A stretch of DNA of 64,000 nt, taken from Chrysomallon squamiferum (taxonomy: Eukaryota > Animalia > Mollusca). How positions within the stretch are numbered: the first letter of the stretch is position 1; each line of letters opens with the position of its first letter. Shown one piece after another: positions 50,701-64,000 of this stretch. The DNA lies in assembly GCA_012295275.1 (NCBI GenBank), contig CM022673.1, positions 1,178,001 to 1,242,000 of the forward strand, read 5' to 3'. The notes below the pieces were generated by a model that saw nothing but the letters and a program-made list of their open reading frames with translations, was not told the DNA's origin and ran no database searches. The translations under genes and the position numbers were made by a program.

Positions 50701-52087
50701 CATAACTTGCAAGTGGTTTTTTTTGGGGGTTGTGTAATTTTTCAGATTATCAGTGTATTTGATTAAAATAAAAATGTATATAATGTTTTGAACAAAACTG
50801 AATGACAAAAAAATTAATTAAATAAAAATAAATAAATAAATAACAATAAAAAAAAAAAAAAAAAAAAAAAATAAAAAAAATAATAAAAAATAATAAAAAT
50901 GAAAATTAAAAACCTTGCAGTTTTCACAAAAATACAAGTCATTTTTTGGTCTTTGTCTTATGGTAAGTAATATAAGGGGAAAAAAAAAGTGAAAAAAAAT
51001 GAAATAAATAATCATTAACTCATTGTACAGAGTAGCATAAAAAGAAAAGAAATGTAAAAGTTATTTTCAAAATACATGAACTGCATAAATATGGTGATTC
51101 AAGTGGTAAACGTTCAATAAAAGTGTCACAAGTCAGACTATTACAATTATTAATACATACTGAACCAGTTCAAAGCTGATCTGAAATCATTCAAATAAGT
51201 TTACTGTTATCTAGAATTACAGACGCTTCTCAGGTGAGTATATGTAGGTAAGAATTAAAACAAAATCTCTAACAAAGAAGAGACTATTTTTTTAAAATTT
51301 GGTCCCTGTGTGTTATGAAATATCTTTTTTAGACATAAACTTCACACTTTTAAACATTAAGAGATTTCACTTAGCAAAAATTCAATAACAAGTTGACATA
51401 TTTTAGTATTGAAAGCACAGATACATTTTATAATATGTAAAGTAACATTATTTCATCTTATTTCAAACATAAAAGATTATTTGAATGTTCTCACAGAAGT
51501 GCAAGAATTATTCAATTAAACTGCATACCTACAAAATCATTTCAGAAGAGCTTTACTCATGTACAATCATTATTCATTAAAAATGTCTTCACAAAACATA
51601 TATGATCATGGTCACAAGCAAAGATGAAAATGTCTTTCTGTTTAAACAGTTTTTTCAGTCCAAAGTTTTGTTACAAACACTTTCTTGCAAATAGGATTTA
51701 TTTATTTATTTTATTTTTTGTTTTTTTTTTTTTAAAATGAAAGGAAATGTTGGTTACAAGAATCAGAATACTTAAACTAAAATTTGAAAGAACAGTAATA
51801 TCACAAGAGTTTACAAAATACATTCAGCATGGCCAGCACAACCTTCACACTTTTTTCTTTTCACTAAAAAACTCAGTTATGTCAAATTAACAATAAACAG
51901 TAGCAAGATACACAGTGTAAAAAATAGATCCAAAATACTGCCAATTCTCAAAATTATTTCACATTGCATAATAATAATAATAATAATAAATACATTTTTT
52001 CAAAATGTACTGTACTTAAATTTTTTCCATTCCTAAAAAAAAAGAAGAAGAAGTGAAAGCTAAGGAGAAATAAAAGAGAAATCTGCT

Positions 52088-63501
<11,414 letters not shown>

Positions 63502-64000
63502 TTTTCTACACTCTGAACAAAACCCTGTTTAATCACTTAATGTGCAAACCAAGCCATGCCTCATCATCTACTGGAAGACAAAAACAAAATATGAATTAAC
63601 AAAGTGTTCTGAAATATTTAAGTTGCAGATAATAGTCTAGTTATTATCCCAATGAAATATAGAACTATGATTATTAATTAATATAATCATAGCAATTACA
63701 TAATTTATAAAACATTTACAATAAAATAAATAATGTGTCAAATAATTTGAAAACTATACTAAAATATACTTTCACAAAACATAATTTAGCACATACTTGC
63801 ATGTATTTATATAACATTTCTGAATAGTTTATGAAGTGCATATAGCATGCATACATATGTTGATGACATATAAAATTATAAAAATAATTATTTTACAGCG
63901 AGAATTAAAAATGTTTTGGCACAAAATAACTGAACTGATAAAATGTAATCAAACTCATTTCATTATGCAACTTTTATGATGGATGTAAATAAACCTTTCT

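Overview
Very AT-rich, intron-dense animal genomic DNA (invertebrate, probably lophotrochozoan/mollusc-like; this is inference, not a database result). No prokaryotic features, rRNA, tRNA or CRISPR were seen. I assembled seven spliced protein-coding genes by hand from GT-AG boundaries with consistent exon phases. (1) The 3' part of a MINDY1/2 (FAM63) deubiquitinase (+). (2) Inside its >9 kb intron, an antisense 3-exon gene for a small secreted 6-Cys protein, which the ORF track shows only as fragments (-). (3) A complete Tectonic (TCTN1/3-like) gene with a U12-type intron (-). (4) A divergently transcribed uncharacterised 203-aa gene (+). (5) Complete ILVBL/HACL2 (-). (6) An MFSD4-family transporter with a ~300-aa mucin-like loop (+). 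(7) Kinesin-2 KIF3B/KRP95 (-). The best novelty candidates are the nested secreted-protein gene, several tandem duplications that copy splice junctions (creating candidate micro-exons, in-frame alternative donors and poison sites), the mucin-loop MFS transporter, and a frame-breaking 56-nt KIF3B tail exon. All gene models come from manual reading and lack transcript support.
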